This document shows positions 1-10,125 of a stretch of 64,000 nt of DNA, piece after piece. Source of the stretch: an uncultured Mycoplasma sp. (lineage in GTDB: Bacteria > Bacillota_I > Bacilli_A > RF39 > UBA660). Both the position numbers and the translations under genes were made by a program. Under the pieces are notes generated by a model that worked only from the letters and a program-made list of their open reading frames with translations, did no database searches and had not been told where the DNA came from. The DNA is taken from contig CAMNSE010000001.1 in the NCBI GenBank assembly GCA_946554525.1, forward strand, positions 100,471-164,470. Direction: 5' to 3'. The number at the start of each line of letters is the position of its first letter. The first letter of the stretch is position 1.

Positions 1-786
1 TTTGAAAAATATTATAATCCTAAAAGAAAAATAAGAGTATCTAATAGAAAAAATTCTTATGTTTTAAAGGGTCCATGGTATCCGGAAGGAAAACTTAATA
101 TTACTACTGGAGTAGTTAGCACAAAAGAATTAATTAAACTTGCTAAAGAGCATAATACTACTATTACTTGCTTGCTAGCCTCAATTATTATAAAAAGCCT
201 AGAGAATATTATGTCCGTTAAAGATAAGAAAAAACAAGTTTCTATTACGGTTCCTATTGATTTAAGAAAATTCTATAAATCTGATACTGTAAGAAACTTC
301 TTCAATGTTACAAATATTACTTATCAATTCTCTAAAAAAGTAGAAAGTTTAGATGATATTATTTCATCAGTAAATAATCAAATGAAAAAAAGCTTAGAAC
401 CTGATGTAATTAGTAATCAAATGAATAAAATGATATGGTTAGAAAAATTCTTTATTGTAAGACTTATTCCTTTAGTTATTAAAAATATTGTTTTAAAATA
501 TAGTTATAAAAAAACTCGTTTAAAACAAACTTTAGGATTATCTAATGTAGGTATTATTTCAGTGCCTAAAGAAGTAGAAAAATATATTGAAAAGTTTATT
601 GTTTTTAATAGTACAGATGCTTTAGAATTATGTGTATGTTCTTACTTAGATGAGTTATCACTATCTTTTACATCACATTTTATTAGTAATGAAATTGAAA
701 ATAATTTTTTCCGTACTTTAAAAGAATTTGGTATTAATATTGAGATTTATAGTAATGAATTAAATGGAGGAGAAGAAAATGAATAA
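1..786 (+). CDS. Alcohol acetyltransferase / condensation-domain-like protein, 5' partial
   Basis: Frame is open from base 1. Motifs VPIDLRKFYKSDTVRNFF and LSNVGII are typical of CoA-dependent acyltransferase-like proteins. Confidence 0.65.
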   Translation, partial: FEKYYNPKRKIRVSNRKNSYVLKGPWYPEGKLNITTGVVSTKELIKLAKEHNTTITCLLASIIIKSLENIMSVKDKKKQVSITVPIDLRKFYKSDTVRNFFNVTNITYQFSKKVESLDDIISSVNNQMKKSLEPDVISNQMNKMIWLEKFFIVRLIPLVIKNIVLKYSYKKTRLKQTLGLSNVGIISVPKEVEKYIEKFIVFNSTDALELCVCSYLDELSLSFTSHFISNEIENNFFRTLKEFGINIEIYSNELNGGEENE

Positions 787-1438
787 ATGTGAAAAGTGTG
801 GTGTAATTCTTCATGTATCTAGTCCAATTTGTCCTATATGCCATAATACTATCGAGTTAAAAAAAGAAAATAGCATATACCCTAAAGTAAAATCTAGATA
901 TTGCAAAACTAAAACTGTAATGAAAATTGCTAATTTTATAGCTTTAATAGGAATATTATTTTCTATCTTAATTAATTATTTAGTTAGTAAAGAGCTTTCC
1001 TGGTCTATTTTTGTTGTTCTTGGTATTACAACATTTATGGTCACTTTTAAAACTGGCCTAAATACAAAGCATCATTTTATGAAAACTTTATTTGCAGAAA
1101 TTGTTGCAATTATTATTTTAGCTTTCTTATGGGATAAATCTACAGGATTTCATAAATGGTCTATTACATATGTTTTACCTTTAATATGCATCTCGTATAC
1201 TATAACCTTTTTAATTATTCGAATATTTACACATAAAATAACAAAAGAATATGTTTTATATACTTATTTAAATTCACTTATTGGATTATTACCACTATAT
1301 TTTATATTAAAAAGAAAAATTTCTACAGTTTGGCCCTCTTATGCTTCTATTTTTACTAGTATATTTGGGATTATATTCTTGTTTTTCTTCAATAAAAAAA
1401 TGCTTGAAAATGAAATTGAAAGAAGATTTCATATTTAA
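779..1438 (+). CDS. Membrane protein with N-terminal Zn ribbon (DUF6320-like)
   Basis: CxxC...CPxC followed by about 6 TM helices. GGAGG precedes ATG 779. Confidence 0.7.
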   Translation: MNKCEKCGVILHVSSPICPICHNTIELKKENSIYPKVKSRYCKTKTVMKIANFIALIGILFSILINYLVSKELSWSIFVVLGITTFMVTFKTGLNTKHHFMKTLFAEIVAIIILAFLWDKSTGFHKWSITYVLPLICISYTITFLIIRIFTHKITKEYVLYTYLNSLIGLLPLYFILKRKISTVWPSYASIFTSIFGIIFLFFFNKKMLENEIERRFHI

Positions 1439-1519
1439 TAAAGAAATCTAAACCACTTTGTTAAAGTTTAATTCATTTTAGATAAAAATAAAAAGATATT
1501 AATATAATCTTAATATCTT

Positions 1520-1714
1520 TTATTTTGATGATTTAAATCCTATTAAAGATATAATAATAGTAACTAATGCAGTTAATATTATTAATAATTCAAATTGAGA
1601 ATTATCTTGATTAACTATAATAATTGCCATTCCAATCCACATAACAGAAATAATAAGAGCGGTATATGGATAACGGATATGTAAAAATATATTTTTTATT
1701 AATTTATTATTCAT
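1520..1714 (-). CDS. Small 2-TM membrane protein, paralog of 3156..3311
   Basis: ATGA overlap with the kinase stop; two hydrophobic helices; ends IGFKSSK. Confidence 0.75.
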   Translation of the reverse strand: MNNKLIKNIFLHIRYPYTALIISVMWIGMAIIIVNQDNSQFELLIILTALVTIIISLIGFKSSK

Positions 1715-3159
1715 AGAAACATCCTTTCACTTATATTTTTAAATAAAAACTCATTATTATCAGCTAATGAAGAAAATAAATCAATTAACATTTCATAGCT
1801 GTCATCTACACTATATTTGGTCTTGTAAGAAAAATCATGATTAATACCAACTTGATCTACATATTTTAAGGCATATTCCATTGCACCTAACATGATTTTT
1901 GAAAAATACTCTTCGCCAAATTTATTATCTAGTGAAGTAACAGAGCATAAAAAGGCCTGCATAGATTTAATTAATTGATAATTATCCATATCTATTTTTA
2001 AATTAATTGCATTATCTTCATTAATAAAATCTGAAAAAAATGTAAATAAATGTCCGTGCTTAGCTCTGTTATTAGCTTTTTCATTTTGATTCCGAACTCT
2101 TTTTGTCTCATCGCTTAAATACTTAGCTAATAAAGACAAAACATCTACATCATTGAAATATTTTTTAAAAGCATTTGCATAATCAGGACAAAAACACATA
2201 CATGATGTTTCAAAAAAATCTTTTAAATTGTTATCTTCCATTAAGAAATTATAATATGATTTCATCCATAAATAGAATGCTTCTTGGGATTTAGGCCTTT
2301 TAGCAATAATTCCAAAATCAATAAAAGCAATTTTATTATTTGGAAGCAGTATTAAATTACCAGGATGTGGATCTCCAAATACGTAATCACAAACCATAGC
2401 AGTTCTTAATGATTCTCCTCCTACAATAACTAGCTGCGACCATATATTAGATCCAGTTTTATTAAAACAAAATTCTTCAATATTGTCGCCTTTTTTTAAT
2501 AATGATAAGGCATCAGCTAAATTTAGTCCTTCAATATAATCCTCTACTATTATATTTTTTGTACAAAGCTCTTCATAAACTTCAGGAACTATAATATATG
2601 GATGGTTTTCATACATGTTTCTAAAATACTTAATATTAGCAATTTCTCTTTCATAATCAGTTTCAAGAAGACAAACATTACTAAATTCTTGAAAACATGC
2701 GCTATAGTCAATTACACCATTTGGTAAACAAAAACTAACAAATTTTACGATTCTTTTTAGAGTTTTTAAATCTTTTTTTAAAGTTTTTGATATACTTGGC
2801 TTTAATACTTTAATTACAACTTGTTTACCATTTTTTAATTCTGCTTTATATATTTGAGCAAATGAACCACTTGCAAAAGGCTTTTGTTCAATATAAGAAA
2901 ATGATTCTTGATTTAAATTCATTTCATCTAAGTTAATTGGTTCATATACTACTTGATTAAAAATTTCATATTCTTTAGGGCTACTCCACCCTTCCATGAA
3001 TTTATTCATTACAGCTAAAACCTGCAAAAATTTAATATACACTCCACCCATATCTTTTAAACCATAAAAAATTGTTTTTTTGTAGGCATAATCTTTATTT
3101 TCAACAGAAGAAAACTTAACTTTCAACATTTTTATTAACAAAGCTAATACCTTTTTCAT
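1711..3159 (-). CDS. ABC1/UbiB/AarF family atypical kinase
   Basis: GGVYIKFLQ, FASGSFAQIY, VVIKV, ETDYERE, DPHPGN and FIDFG motifs. Confidence 0.9.
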   Translation of the reverse strand: MKKVLALLIKMLKVKFSSVENKDYAYKKTIFYGLKDMGGVYIKFLQVLAVMNKFMEGWSSPKEYEIFNQVVYEPINLDEMNLNQESFSYIEQKPFASGSFAQIYKAELKNGKQVVIKVLKPSISKTLKKDLKTLKRIVKFVSFCLPNGVIDYSACFQEFSNVCLLETDYEREIANIKYFRNMYENHPYIIVPEVYEELCTKNIIVEDYIEGLNLADALSLLKKGDNIEEFCFNKTGSNIWSQLVIVGGESLRTAMVCDYVFGDPHPGNLILLPNNKIAFIDFGIIAKRPKSQEAFYLWMKSYYNFLMEDNNLKDFFETSCMCFCPDYANAFKKYFNDVDVLSLLAKYLSDETKRVRNQNEKANNRAKHGHLFTFFSDFINEDNAINLKIDMDNYQLIKSMQAFLCSVTSLDNKFGEEYFSKIMLGAMEYALKYVDQVGINHDFSYKTKYSVDDSYEMLIDLFSSLADNNEFLFKNISERMFL

Positions 3160-3311
3160 TTTTTACTCCTAAATCCTATAAAAAATAAAATTAAAGTCAT
3201 TAAAAGTGCCACAATTGGCAAAGTAATTTCATTATAATTTAAAAATACTACTATCAGTATAATAGCTATCCAAATTGCGATTATACTAAGTGATACAAAG
3301 GCATATTTCAT
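3156..3311 (-). CDS. Unannotated 51-aa 2-TM protein MKYAFVSLSIIAIWIAIILIVVFLNYNEITLPIVALLMTLILFFIGFRSKK
   Basis: Translated by hand. GGGAGG RBS; its stop overlaps the kinase start (ATGA). Confidence 0.8.
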   Translation of the reverse strand: MKYAFVSLSIIAIWIAIILIVVFLNYNEITLPIVALLMTLILFFIGFRSKK

Positions 3312-3377
3312 TTAGTAAAACCTCCCTAATCATATTCTTATTATATCATATAATTAAAGTGTTTTGAATATTATTTC

Positions 3378-3884
3378 TTACTTTATATACCCGTTTTGAA
3401 CAATTTTAGTGTCTTTTACAACAATAAAGGCTTCATCATCTATAGAATTAATTAATTTAATTAATTCTTTTGTTTTATTCTCTTTTATATCTATAATTAA
3501 TAAGTCTTTTTCTTCTTTAAATGTTTCCTTTAATTCAATTATACTTACTGCATATCCAGAGTCTCTTAATGCATCAATTAATTTGTAATTATTTTTTTTA
3601 GTTGTAACTTCTACGCTATTAATGTTTTTAATTAATCTATGAGCAATAGCTCCTCCAATAATAGTTCCTGTCATATAGCCAAGACTATAGAATATGGGAA
3701 TTATTATACTATTAATAGGTGTCATTAACGCTTTTCTAGCAGCATAAAACCAAACAAATACTTCACAGAATGCTAAGAGTGGCGTAATTACACTTTTTTT
3801 TCGAACCATAATCATTGTCCTACAAGTAGAAATTGTTACATCTAATAGCCTAGCAAAAAATATTTCAATACAAATTAAAAGCAT
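3378..3884 (-). CDS. UPF0316/DUF2179 (YebE-like) membrane protein
   Basis: IFFARLLDVTISTCRT...FCEVFVW N-terminus and a C-terminal PII-like domain; AGGTG RBS before ATG 3884. Confidence 0.8.
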   Translation of the reverse strand: MLLICIEIFFARLLDVTISTCRTMIMVRKKSVITPLLAFCEVFVWFYAARKALMTPINSIIIPIFYSLGYMTGTIIGGAIAHRLIKNINSVEVTTKKNNYKLIDALRDSGYAVSIIELKETFKEEKDLLIIDIKENKTKELIKLINSIDDEAFIVVKDTKIVQNGYIK

Positions 3885-3920
3885 AATATCACCTAGTGTT
3901 ATTATACTCAAAAAATTTAA

Positions 3921-4208
3921 TTACATGACTTTTAATATTCCTAATATAATTAATATAATTACTATTAAAACAATTAATAAAGCCCCAACTATTTTATTAT
4001 CTTTTGTTTTTTCATAATTACGATTGATAGGTTCTCTACTATATTGATCAGATAATAAATTAACCATTTTTTTATTTTCATCTTCATCCATTAATTTTCT
4101 TTGTTCTTTTATTTGGTCACTATCCATCATTGCTCCACAAGATTTGCAGATAAAGCCGTGACTTGGAAGCGCCGCCCCACATCTTTTACAATTCATATTA
4201 TTCACCAT
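3921..4208 (-). CDS. Zn-ribbon protein with C-terminal TM anchor
   Basis: CKRCG...CKSCG and a hydrophobic C-terminal helix. Confidence 0.7.
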   Translation of the reverse strand: MVNNMNCKRCGAALPSHGFICKSCGAMMDSDQIKEQRKLMDEDENKKMVNLLSDQYSREPINRNYEKTKDNKIVGALLIVLIVIILIILGILKVM

Positions 4209-4289
4209 TATTATTGTAAATCTTTTTACAACTAAATTACATATTATTTATATTCATTTACATTTATTATTTACATTGCAAAAGAATAG

Positions 4290-5051
4290 TTATCTACTCT
4301 TTCTCTTTTGGATATGATAAGAAACCCATAATGACAATCTATAAGGAGAAAATCTATTTAAAAAAAGTGTTAATTTCATAAGTAATGTTGGCACTATAAT
4401 CATTTTATTTTTTAGGGCTTTTTTTATGGCATACTCTGCTACACGATAACTATTCGCTTCTCTTATGCTAAAAGTCCCATGAGCTACTTCATTAAATTCG
4501 GTTGCTACTGGGCCAGGACATAAGGCACTAATATGAACATTGCTACCATTTTGTCTTAATTCTTCATTAATTGCCATGGTAAGTTTTGTTACATAATTTT
4601 TTGTTGCATAATATGTAGATAGTCTTGGGCCAGCCATAAATCCAGCACTAGAACAAACATTTAGAATTCTTCCTGTATCTCTTTTTATAAAGTCTTTTAA
4701 AAATAATTTTGTTAAAATATGGTAAGCTTTAATATTTAAATCAATCATTTTAAGTTCTGTTTCTAAATCTGTTTCATGAAATTCACCAAATAATCCAAAT
4801 CCAGCATTATTGATTAAAAAATCAATTTTCTTACTCTTTACTTTTTCATAAAGCTTAAAACAATTTAAAGGGTTACTTAAGTCCATATCTATTACTGTTA
4901 CTTTTGTATTTAATTCTTTTTTTAAATCCTCTAATTTTTCTTTTCTTCTAGCAACCAATATTAAGTCATAATTAAGAGATGCAAGTACTCTTGCCATATC
5001 TCTTCCTATTCCACTAGAAGCCCCAGTTATAAGTGCTAACAATAAAATCAC
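4290..5051 (-). CDS. Short-chain dehydrogenase/reductase
   Basis: TGASSGIG, NNAGFG and YYATK (YxxxK) motifs. Confidence 0.92.
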   Translation of the reverse strand: MILLLALITGASSGIGRDMARVLASLNYDLILVARRKEKLEDLKKELNTKVTVIDMDLSNPLNCFKLYEKVKSKKIDFLINNAGFGLFGEFHETDLETELKMIDLNIKAYHILTKLFLKDFIKRDTGRILNVCSSAGFMAGPRLSTYYATKNYVTKLTMAINEELRQNGSNVHISALCPGPVATEFNEVAHGTFSIREANSYRVAEYAIKKALKNKMIIVPTLLMKLTLFLNRFSPYRLSLWVSYHIQKRKSR

Positions 5052-5082
5052 CTCATTAATATATTTTTCGATTATGATATAA

Positions 5083-6702
5083 TTATACTTGTTTTTGAAT
5101 AACTTCTAATAATGCTGGTAGCATTTGTTTCTTTCTTGAAACCAAGTTTGGAATATATACTCCTTCATGCACTTCCTTTAAATCAAAAGCATCCATAATT
5201 TCATGCTCAGCATTTTTGTTATATATAACATATGAACCATTTTTATAAACATCTGTAATAAATAAGACTGTGCATAAGTAAGAAGCACTAGAAAGCTCAT
5301 CTAATTTCTCAATGTATAGATCGATGTTCTTTTCAATCTCATTAAAATCCATAGTCATAACTTGAGAGATACCAATTTGTCTATTTCCAACACTATAAGA
5401 TTTGAAATCTTGATTAATTAAATCATTTACACTAATTCCTTTAATACTTGATGCCGCTTTAAACATTAAATAGCCATATTCATCAATATTTACTTTAGCA
5501 AGTTTAGAAAGTTTGCTAGCTGCAAAAATATCATCTTCTGTTGTAGTAGGCGATTTAAAAAGCATTGTGTCTGAAAGAATAGCACTAAGCATAATTCCTG
5601 CTATGTTTCTTGGAATAGTTATTTTTCTTTCAACAAACATATTATAAATTATAGTACATGTACATCCGACAGGCATACTTCTAAAATTAATTGGAACATT
5701 AGTCCCGATTGAACCCAAATTATGGTGATCTATAATTTCTACAATTTGTGCTTCTTCTATTCCTATAGCACTTTGCGAAAAACTATTGTGATCTACCATA
5801 ATTACTTTTTGTCTTTCATAATTATCAGCATTTGTAACTTTTAGGGTTCCTAAACATTCATTTTTATTGTTAATAACTGGGTAATTTGTGTGTCCTTCAT
5901 TATTTGCTAAGCTTAAAAAGTCTGTACGATAATCCTTATTATTTATAGTAATTGGTTTAGAATTCATATTAATTGTTTTAATCTTATTACTAATAGTAGT
6001 TCTACTTGCCGTTTCAAAACTAGAGAATTTACTTGTAATAATATTAACTTTATTCTTTTTAGCTTTTTCAAGTAATTCTTTTGGAAGGACATGATTTCCT
6101 GTAAGAATAATTAATCTTACCTTAGAATCAATAGCGTATTCTAATATTTTATAACGGTCTCCAACAATTAAAATATCGTCCTGCGTTAATGATACTTCTT
6201 CTTGAAATGTTTTACTTTGAAAAGACGCGACTATTATATTTCCAGAAATTTCTTTATCATAGGAAAGTGTTGCTTCTCCTTCAAGTGATTTTACAATATT
6301 ATCATAAGATGTATTTACATTTCTTTTATCTCCATCTATTAAATATTTAGCTATCTCTTTTAAAGTAACAAATCCTGTTAATATTTTTTTATCATCCACA
6401 AGTGGAATAGCAGTAATATTATTTTTTTGCATATAGGCAAAAGTTTGCATAATAGATTCATCCTCATGAACTATGGCTTTTTTATTATATTTTATATCTT
6501 TTATTTTAACTTTTGTATCATTTAAATAATCTGGTTCTTTTACTCCGAAATAATCTAGGGCAAATTTTGTCTCTAAGTTTATATGTCCTAACACTTTAGG
6601 TACAGTATTTCTTCCTTCTTCATTAAGTAAATAAGATAAAGCTATACTTGAACATACACTATCAGTATCAGGGTTTAAATGTCCAAATACAAATGTCTGC
6701 AT
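5083..6702 (-). CDS. ppaC: Mn-dependent family II inorganic pyrophosphatase with CBS-DRTGG insert
   Basis: GHLNPDTDS, VDHN, IDHH, SDT and SRKKQ motifs; IVGDR DRTGG region. Confidence 0.93.
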   Translation of the reverse strand: MQTFVFGHLNPDTDSVCSSIALSYLLNEEGRNTVPKVLGHINLETKFALDYFGVKEPDYLNDTKVKIKDIKYNKKAIVHEDESIMQTFAYMQKNNITAIPLVDDKKILTGFVTLKEIAKYLIDGDKRNVNTSYDNIVKSLEGEATLSYDKEISGNIIVASFQSKTFQEEVSLTQDDILIVGDRYKILEYAIDSKVRLIILTGNHVLPKELLEKAKKNKVNIITSKFSSFETASRTTISNKIKTINMNSKPITINNKDYRTDFLSLANNEGHTNYPVINNKNECLGTLKVTNADNYERQKVIMVDHNSFSQSAIGIEEAQIVEIIDHHNLGSIGTNVPINFRSMPVGCTCTIIYNMFVERKITIPRNIAGIMLSAILSDTMLFKSPTTTEDDIFAASKLSKLAKVNIDEYGYLMFKAASSIKGISVNDLINQDFKSYSVGNRQIGISQVMTMDFNEIEKNIDLYIEKLDELSSASYLCTVLFITDVYKNGSYVIYNKNAEHEIMDAFDLKEVHEGVYIPNLVSRKKQMLPALLEVIQKQV

Positions 6703-6801
6703 AATCCCCACTTCTTTCTTTGTTAAAATCATATCATAAATTTAAGAAAAATAAAAGCAAAAGAAGTTATTACTTAGCAAATAAAAAAGAGATAATATTA
6801 A

Positions 6802-8088
6802 TTATCTCCCGAACGAGCAATCATACCCAGCGCCATTATATAAACTTTTTATTTCTCCAATTGCTTCTGGTATCTTTGCATTCATTTCTGTTTCTAATTC
6901 TTCAACTGTTAAATTTTTAGAAATAACAATTCTTTTTGCTTCGTCATTGAATGTTGGAACTCCAGTGATGTTTTGAATTGTAATTTTATCAGTATTTTTA
7001 CTGCTTTCTTTTATTTCATTGTATTCTGTATCAGATTCATATGTAAATATATATTCTCTTATAGCACTTTTATTAAACATATTGTCTACGGAACCTATTT
7101 TTGTTTTTTCTAAATAACTATTAACATTTTTTGAACATACTAAGTATAGTTCCGCATACGTTGCACTAACCTTTAGGTTACCTACTACTTCAGTAGCATT
7201 GCCACTAGCATCTTTTACAATAATATCAACTTTATAATCTGATTCTGTTTTTACATGTTCTTTTACTTTATTTTCATCTTTAAACTCATAAGTACAAGCT
7301 GTATTATCATTATCACATGAAACAATAAAATCTTCTGGTTTAACACTTCCATCAATTCCTATAGTTACATCTTTTGTTTTTACAGTTGGTGGGATCGTAT
7401 CGACAATTTTTGCTTTTCCAGTATATTTTGTTCCATTACATGTAACGGTAAAAGTATACTCTGCATTTATTGTGTTAGTATCTGTAATGTTACTAACATC
7501 TAAGGCACAAGTTGAGGAATCTATATTATTAAAGACAGCATAATCTTTGATATCAGTTGAGACATCAGAGCCCATTTCAATATTAACTTCTTTAGCTGTT
7601 ACACTTGCCTTTTTAAAAGATGGCAATTTGATCATCCCTTGGTGTAGTAACATATAAATGATACTAGCCACAATTACTAATGATAATATTATAACAATAA
7701 TAAAAGTTGTTTTATTTGTTTTCTTTTTATTTGGTCCAGCATTATTGTTTGGTGAGGGCACTGCCCCATCATTATTCATTATAGGTGGAACAGTTCCAAT
7801 ATCGTTAAATACAGGAGCACTATATTGATTGATTGCTTGTGGAATATCATAGCTAGTACTAAGTGGTTCTACAGGTGGTATACTACTAACTATAGGATCA
7901 TTCATTCCCATATTTTCCATTGGAGAACTGTCTAAGCTTTCAATAGCCGCATCAACTAATTGTGTTGGCTGTGTATCTACTGGACTAACTGGTGGAATAT
8001 CAGATAATCCAATATTTGGCTCATTACCTATATTTCCAAGCGAAAATGCATTCAAATCTTCATTTTGATTGTTTGGTGTATTATTCAT
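6802..8088 (-). CDS. Single-TM protein with Pro/Asn-rich N-terminus and Ig-like extracellular repeats
   Basis: Low-complexity N-terminus, one TM, DTIPPTV and VKDASGN Ig-like motifs. Confidence 0.65.
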   Translation of the reverse strand: MNNTPNNQNEDLNAFSLGNIGNEPNIGLSDIPPVSPVDTQPTQLVDAAIESLDSSPMENMGMNDPIVSSIPPVEPLSTSYDIPQAINQYSAPVFNDIGTVPPIMNNDGAVPSPNNNAGPNKKKTNKTTFIIVIILSLVIVASIIYMLLHQGMIKLPSFKKASVTAKEVNIEMGSDVSTDIKDYAVFNNIDSSTCALDVSNITDTNTINAEYTFTVTCNGTKYTGKAKIVDTIPPTVKTKDVTIGIDGSVKPEDFIVSCDNDNTACTYEFKDENKVKEHVKTESDYKVDIIVKDASGNATEVVGNLKVSATYAELYLVCSKNVNSYLEKTKIGSVDNMFNKSAIREYIFTYESDTEYNEIKESSKNTDKITIQNITGVPTFNDEAKRIVISKNLTVEELETEMNAKIPEAIGEIKSLYNGAGYDCSFGR

Positions 8089-8193
8089 ACAACTTCCCCT
8101 TTTCTATAATCCCTTATTATAGTTAATTATATCGTAAAGTAGCCTAAAATGCAATAGCCTATTAATATATTAAATTTACTTATTATAAAAAGT

Positions 8194-8832
8194 TTATGCT
8201 AACGTTTCATTTTTTTCTGCGACTAAATAGTTAATCTTAACTCCATTTATCATAAACTTTGTTTCATATTCTGTAGGAATATTGGGAATTTCACTATTTG
8301 CTAAATCAAGATTAACATCCTTTATAATATACCCATATTCACTAAGACTTACAATTGAGCTTGAAAATAAAATAATATTATCAGTTTTCATGATTATTTT
8401 TTTAGTATCATTAAAAACGGAATCATAAATTTTCAAAAATATATCGCTTGTAAGTCTTCTTTTGGCAGTTCGCTTCTTAGGCCATGGATCAGAAAAGTTT
8501 AAATATATAGTTGATATTTCATGAGAAAAAACTTTTTCTAAATTTAGAGCATCCATATTAATTATTCTTAAATTAGGAAGTGAATCAGGATATTTTTTAA
8601 TAGCTCTAGCAATTACACCAGTATATTTTTCGATTCCAATAAAATTAATATTCGGATAAGTTTTGGCCATATTATAAATAAAGCTCCCTTTCCCCATACC
8701 AATTTCCAAATGAATAGGATTACTATTTTGAAATTCTTTTTGCCAAATGCCAATATTTTTTTCAGGATTATTCTCTAAATAAGAGCAATTATCTAATAAT
8801 AATTCTTTATCTTTTAAGTTTCTTAAACGCAT
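8194..8832 (-). CDS. trmB: tRNA (guanine-N7)-methyltransferase
   Basis: LEIGMGKG, NFSDPWPK, KTDN and TEYE motifs. Confidence 0.95.
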   Translation of the reverse strand: MRLRNLKDKELLLDNCSYLENNPEKNIGIWQKEFQNSNPIHLEIGMGKGSFIYNMAKTYPNINFIGIEKYTGVIARAIKKYPDSLPNLRIINMDALNLEKVFSHEISTIYLNFSDPWPKKRTAKRRLTSDIFLKIYDSVFNDTKKIIMKTDNIILFSSSIVSLSEYGYIIKDVNLDLANSEIPNIPTEYETKFMINGVKINYLVAEKNETLA

Positions 8833-8842
8833 AGTTATTTAT

Positions 8843-8870
8843 CACTACTTTCTATATATAAGCATATAAT
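8843..8870 (+). promoter_or_regulatory. Candidate SigK/SigE promoter
   Basis: CACT-N16-CATATAAT upstream of ORF 8893. Confidence 0.45.
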
Positions 8871-8892
8871 GAAATTGAAAGGAAGATTATAA

Positions 8893-9246
8893 ATGAAAAA
8901 AGATCGGAACGCTTTTTTTCAAGAATCTAGCTATTTTAATCAAACATCAATGCCCGGTGGAATGGCTGCAAATCAACCATTTGTAGCAAATGCTCAAGCA
9001 CAGCAAAGTTTTTATGCTGGTCCCGGTATGCCAAATATGCAAATGCCTAATAATTATAACATGAATACTCCTCAAATGGCAAATAATACTCCCATAAATA
9101 ATGATTATAGTGATATCGAAAGTAGGCTTTCTAAAATAGAAAGAAATTTAAATAGAATTGACGCTAGATTATCAAAACTAGAAAACCAAGGATTATTCAC
9201 AACAGATGATATAATTGACAATTCTACTAATATGTATATGGTCTAA
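8893..9246 (+). CDS. Met/Pro/Asn-rich protein with coiled coil; possible spore coat protein
   Basis: AAGGAAG RBS, low-complexity N-terminus, heptad IESRLSKIERNLNRIDARLSKLE. Confidence 0.6.
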   Translation: MKKDRNAFFQESSYFNQTSMPGGMAANQPFVANAQAQQSFYAGPGMPNMQMPNNYNMNTPQMANNTPINNDYSDIESRLSKIERNLNRIDARLSKLENQGLFTTDDIIDNSTNMYMV

Positions 9247-9704
9247 TTTAGACCTTTTTTTAGTTTTTCATTAAATAAATTTACAAAAGCCGCAATTACT
9301 TGTAATTTTTCATTATGTCTATTATCATGTTCAATATCTATATGAGATTCAAAATATTCATTATTTCTTTTATCATATATTGCTAAATTAACACTTTCTT
9401 CTATATCTGTTAATCTTCCGGTAATTCCAACACCTATATCGCTATTAGAAAATTCTGATATTTTAAGGGCCATATCTTTTGCTATCGCCATACTATAAAC
9501 TGTATAAGTATCAATTATATTTTTACTTACACCCATTTTTACTTTATACTCATTAGAATAAGTAACGGCGCTAAATTTTAAAATATTACTAGCTCCAGGA
9601 ACGTCTGTTATTAGGCTTGCAAGAAGTCCTCCTGTACATGATTCCATAGCACTTATTGTTAAATGATTATCTTTTAAAAACTTTACTATACTTGTTAAAT
9701 CCAT
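9243..9704 (-). CDS. CinA C-terminal domain / PncC-like protein
   Basis: ESCTGGLLAS, PGAS, VTYSNEYK and GITG motifs. Confidence 0.85.
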   Translation of the reverse strand: MDLTSIVKFLKDNHLTISAMESCTGGLLASLITDVPGASNILKFSAVTYSNEYKVKMGVSKNIIDTYTVYSMAIAKDMALKISEFSNSDIGVGITGRLTDIEESVNLAIYDKRNNEYFESHIDIEHDNRHNEKLQVIAAFVNLFNEKLKKGLN

Positions 9705-9777
9705 ATCATCACCCTATACTTATTTTATCATAATTAATTATTATAACAAAGAAAAAAAGTTCTATCTGGAACTCTTT

Positions 9778-10032
9778 TTAACGACCATACGGCCCTGGTA
9801 CATATCCTCCATATGAATAGTAAGAATATGGTGCGCCTGGGGTATAATTTGGCGGATAATAACCTTGTCCTCCTGGATATCCTCCTTGTGGCGCAACATT
9901 ATAAATTGGTCTTGGTCTAGTTAACCCTACTGCAGCTCCACCAACTAAAGCGCCAGTTAAAAATGGAAAGAAGAAAAATCTATCTCCATTTGTAGGTCTC
10001 ATTGGTCTATTTTGATATATCCCTTGATTCAT
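9778..10032 (-). CDS. Gly/Pro/Tyr-rich small protein; possible spore coat protein
   Basis: FFPFLTGALVGGAAVG followed by a G/P/Y-rich tail; AAAGGTGG RBS; CATACATT upstream at 10055-10062. Confidence 0.6.
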   Translation of the reverse strand: MNQGIYQNRPMRPTNGDRFFFFPFLTGALVGGAAVGLTRPRPIYNVAPQGGYPGGQGYYPPNYTPGAPYSYYSYGGYVPGPYGR

Positions 10033-10125
10033 AAATAATCCACCTTTCTAATATAATGTATGCAAGCATTTTTGAAGATAATAGACATAGGCCTAAATAA
10101 AAAGAAAAAGAGCTAAAGCTCTTAA

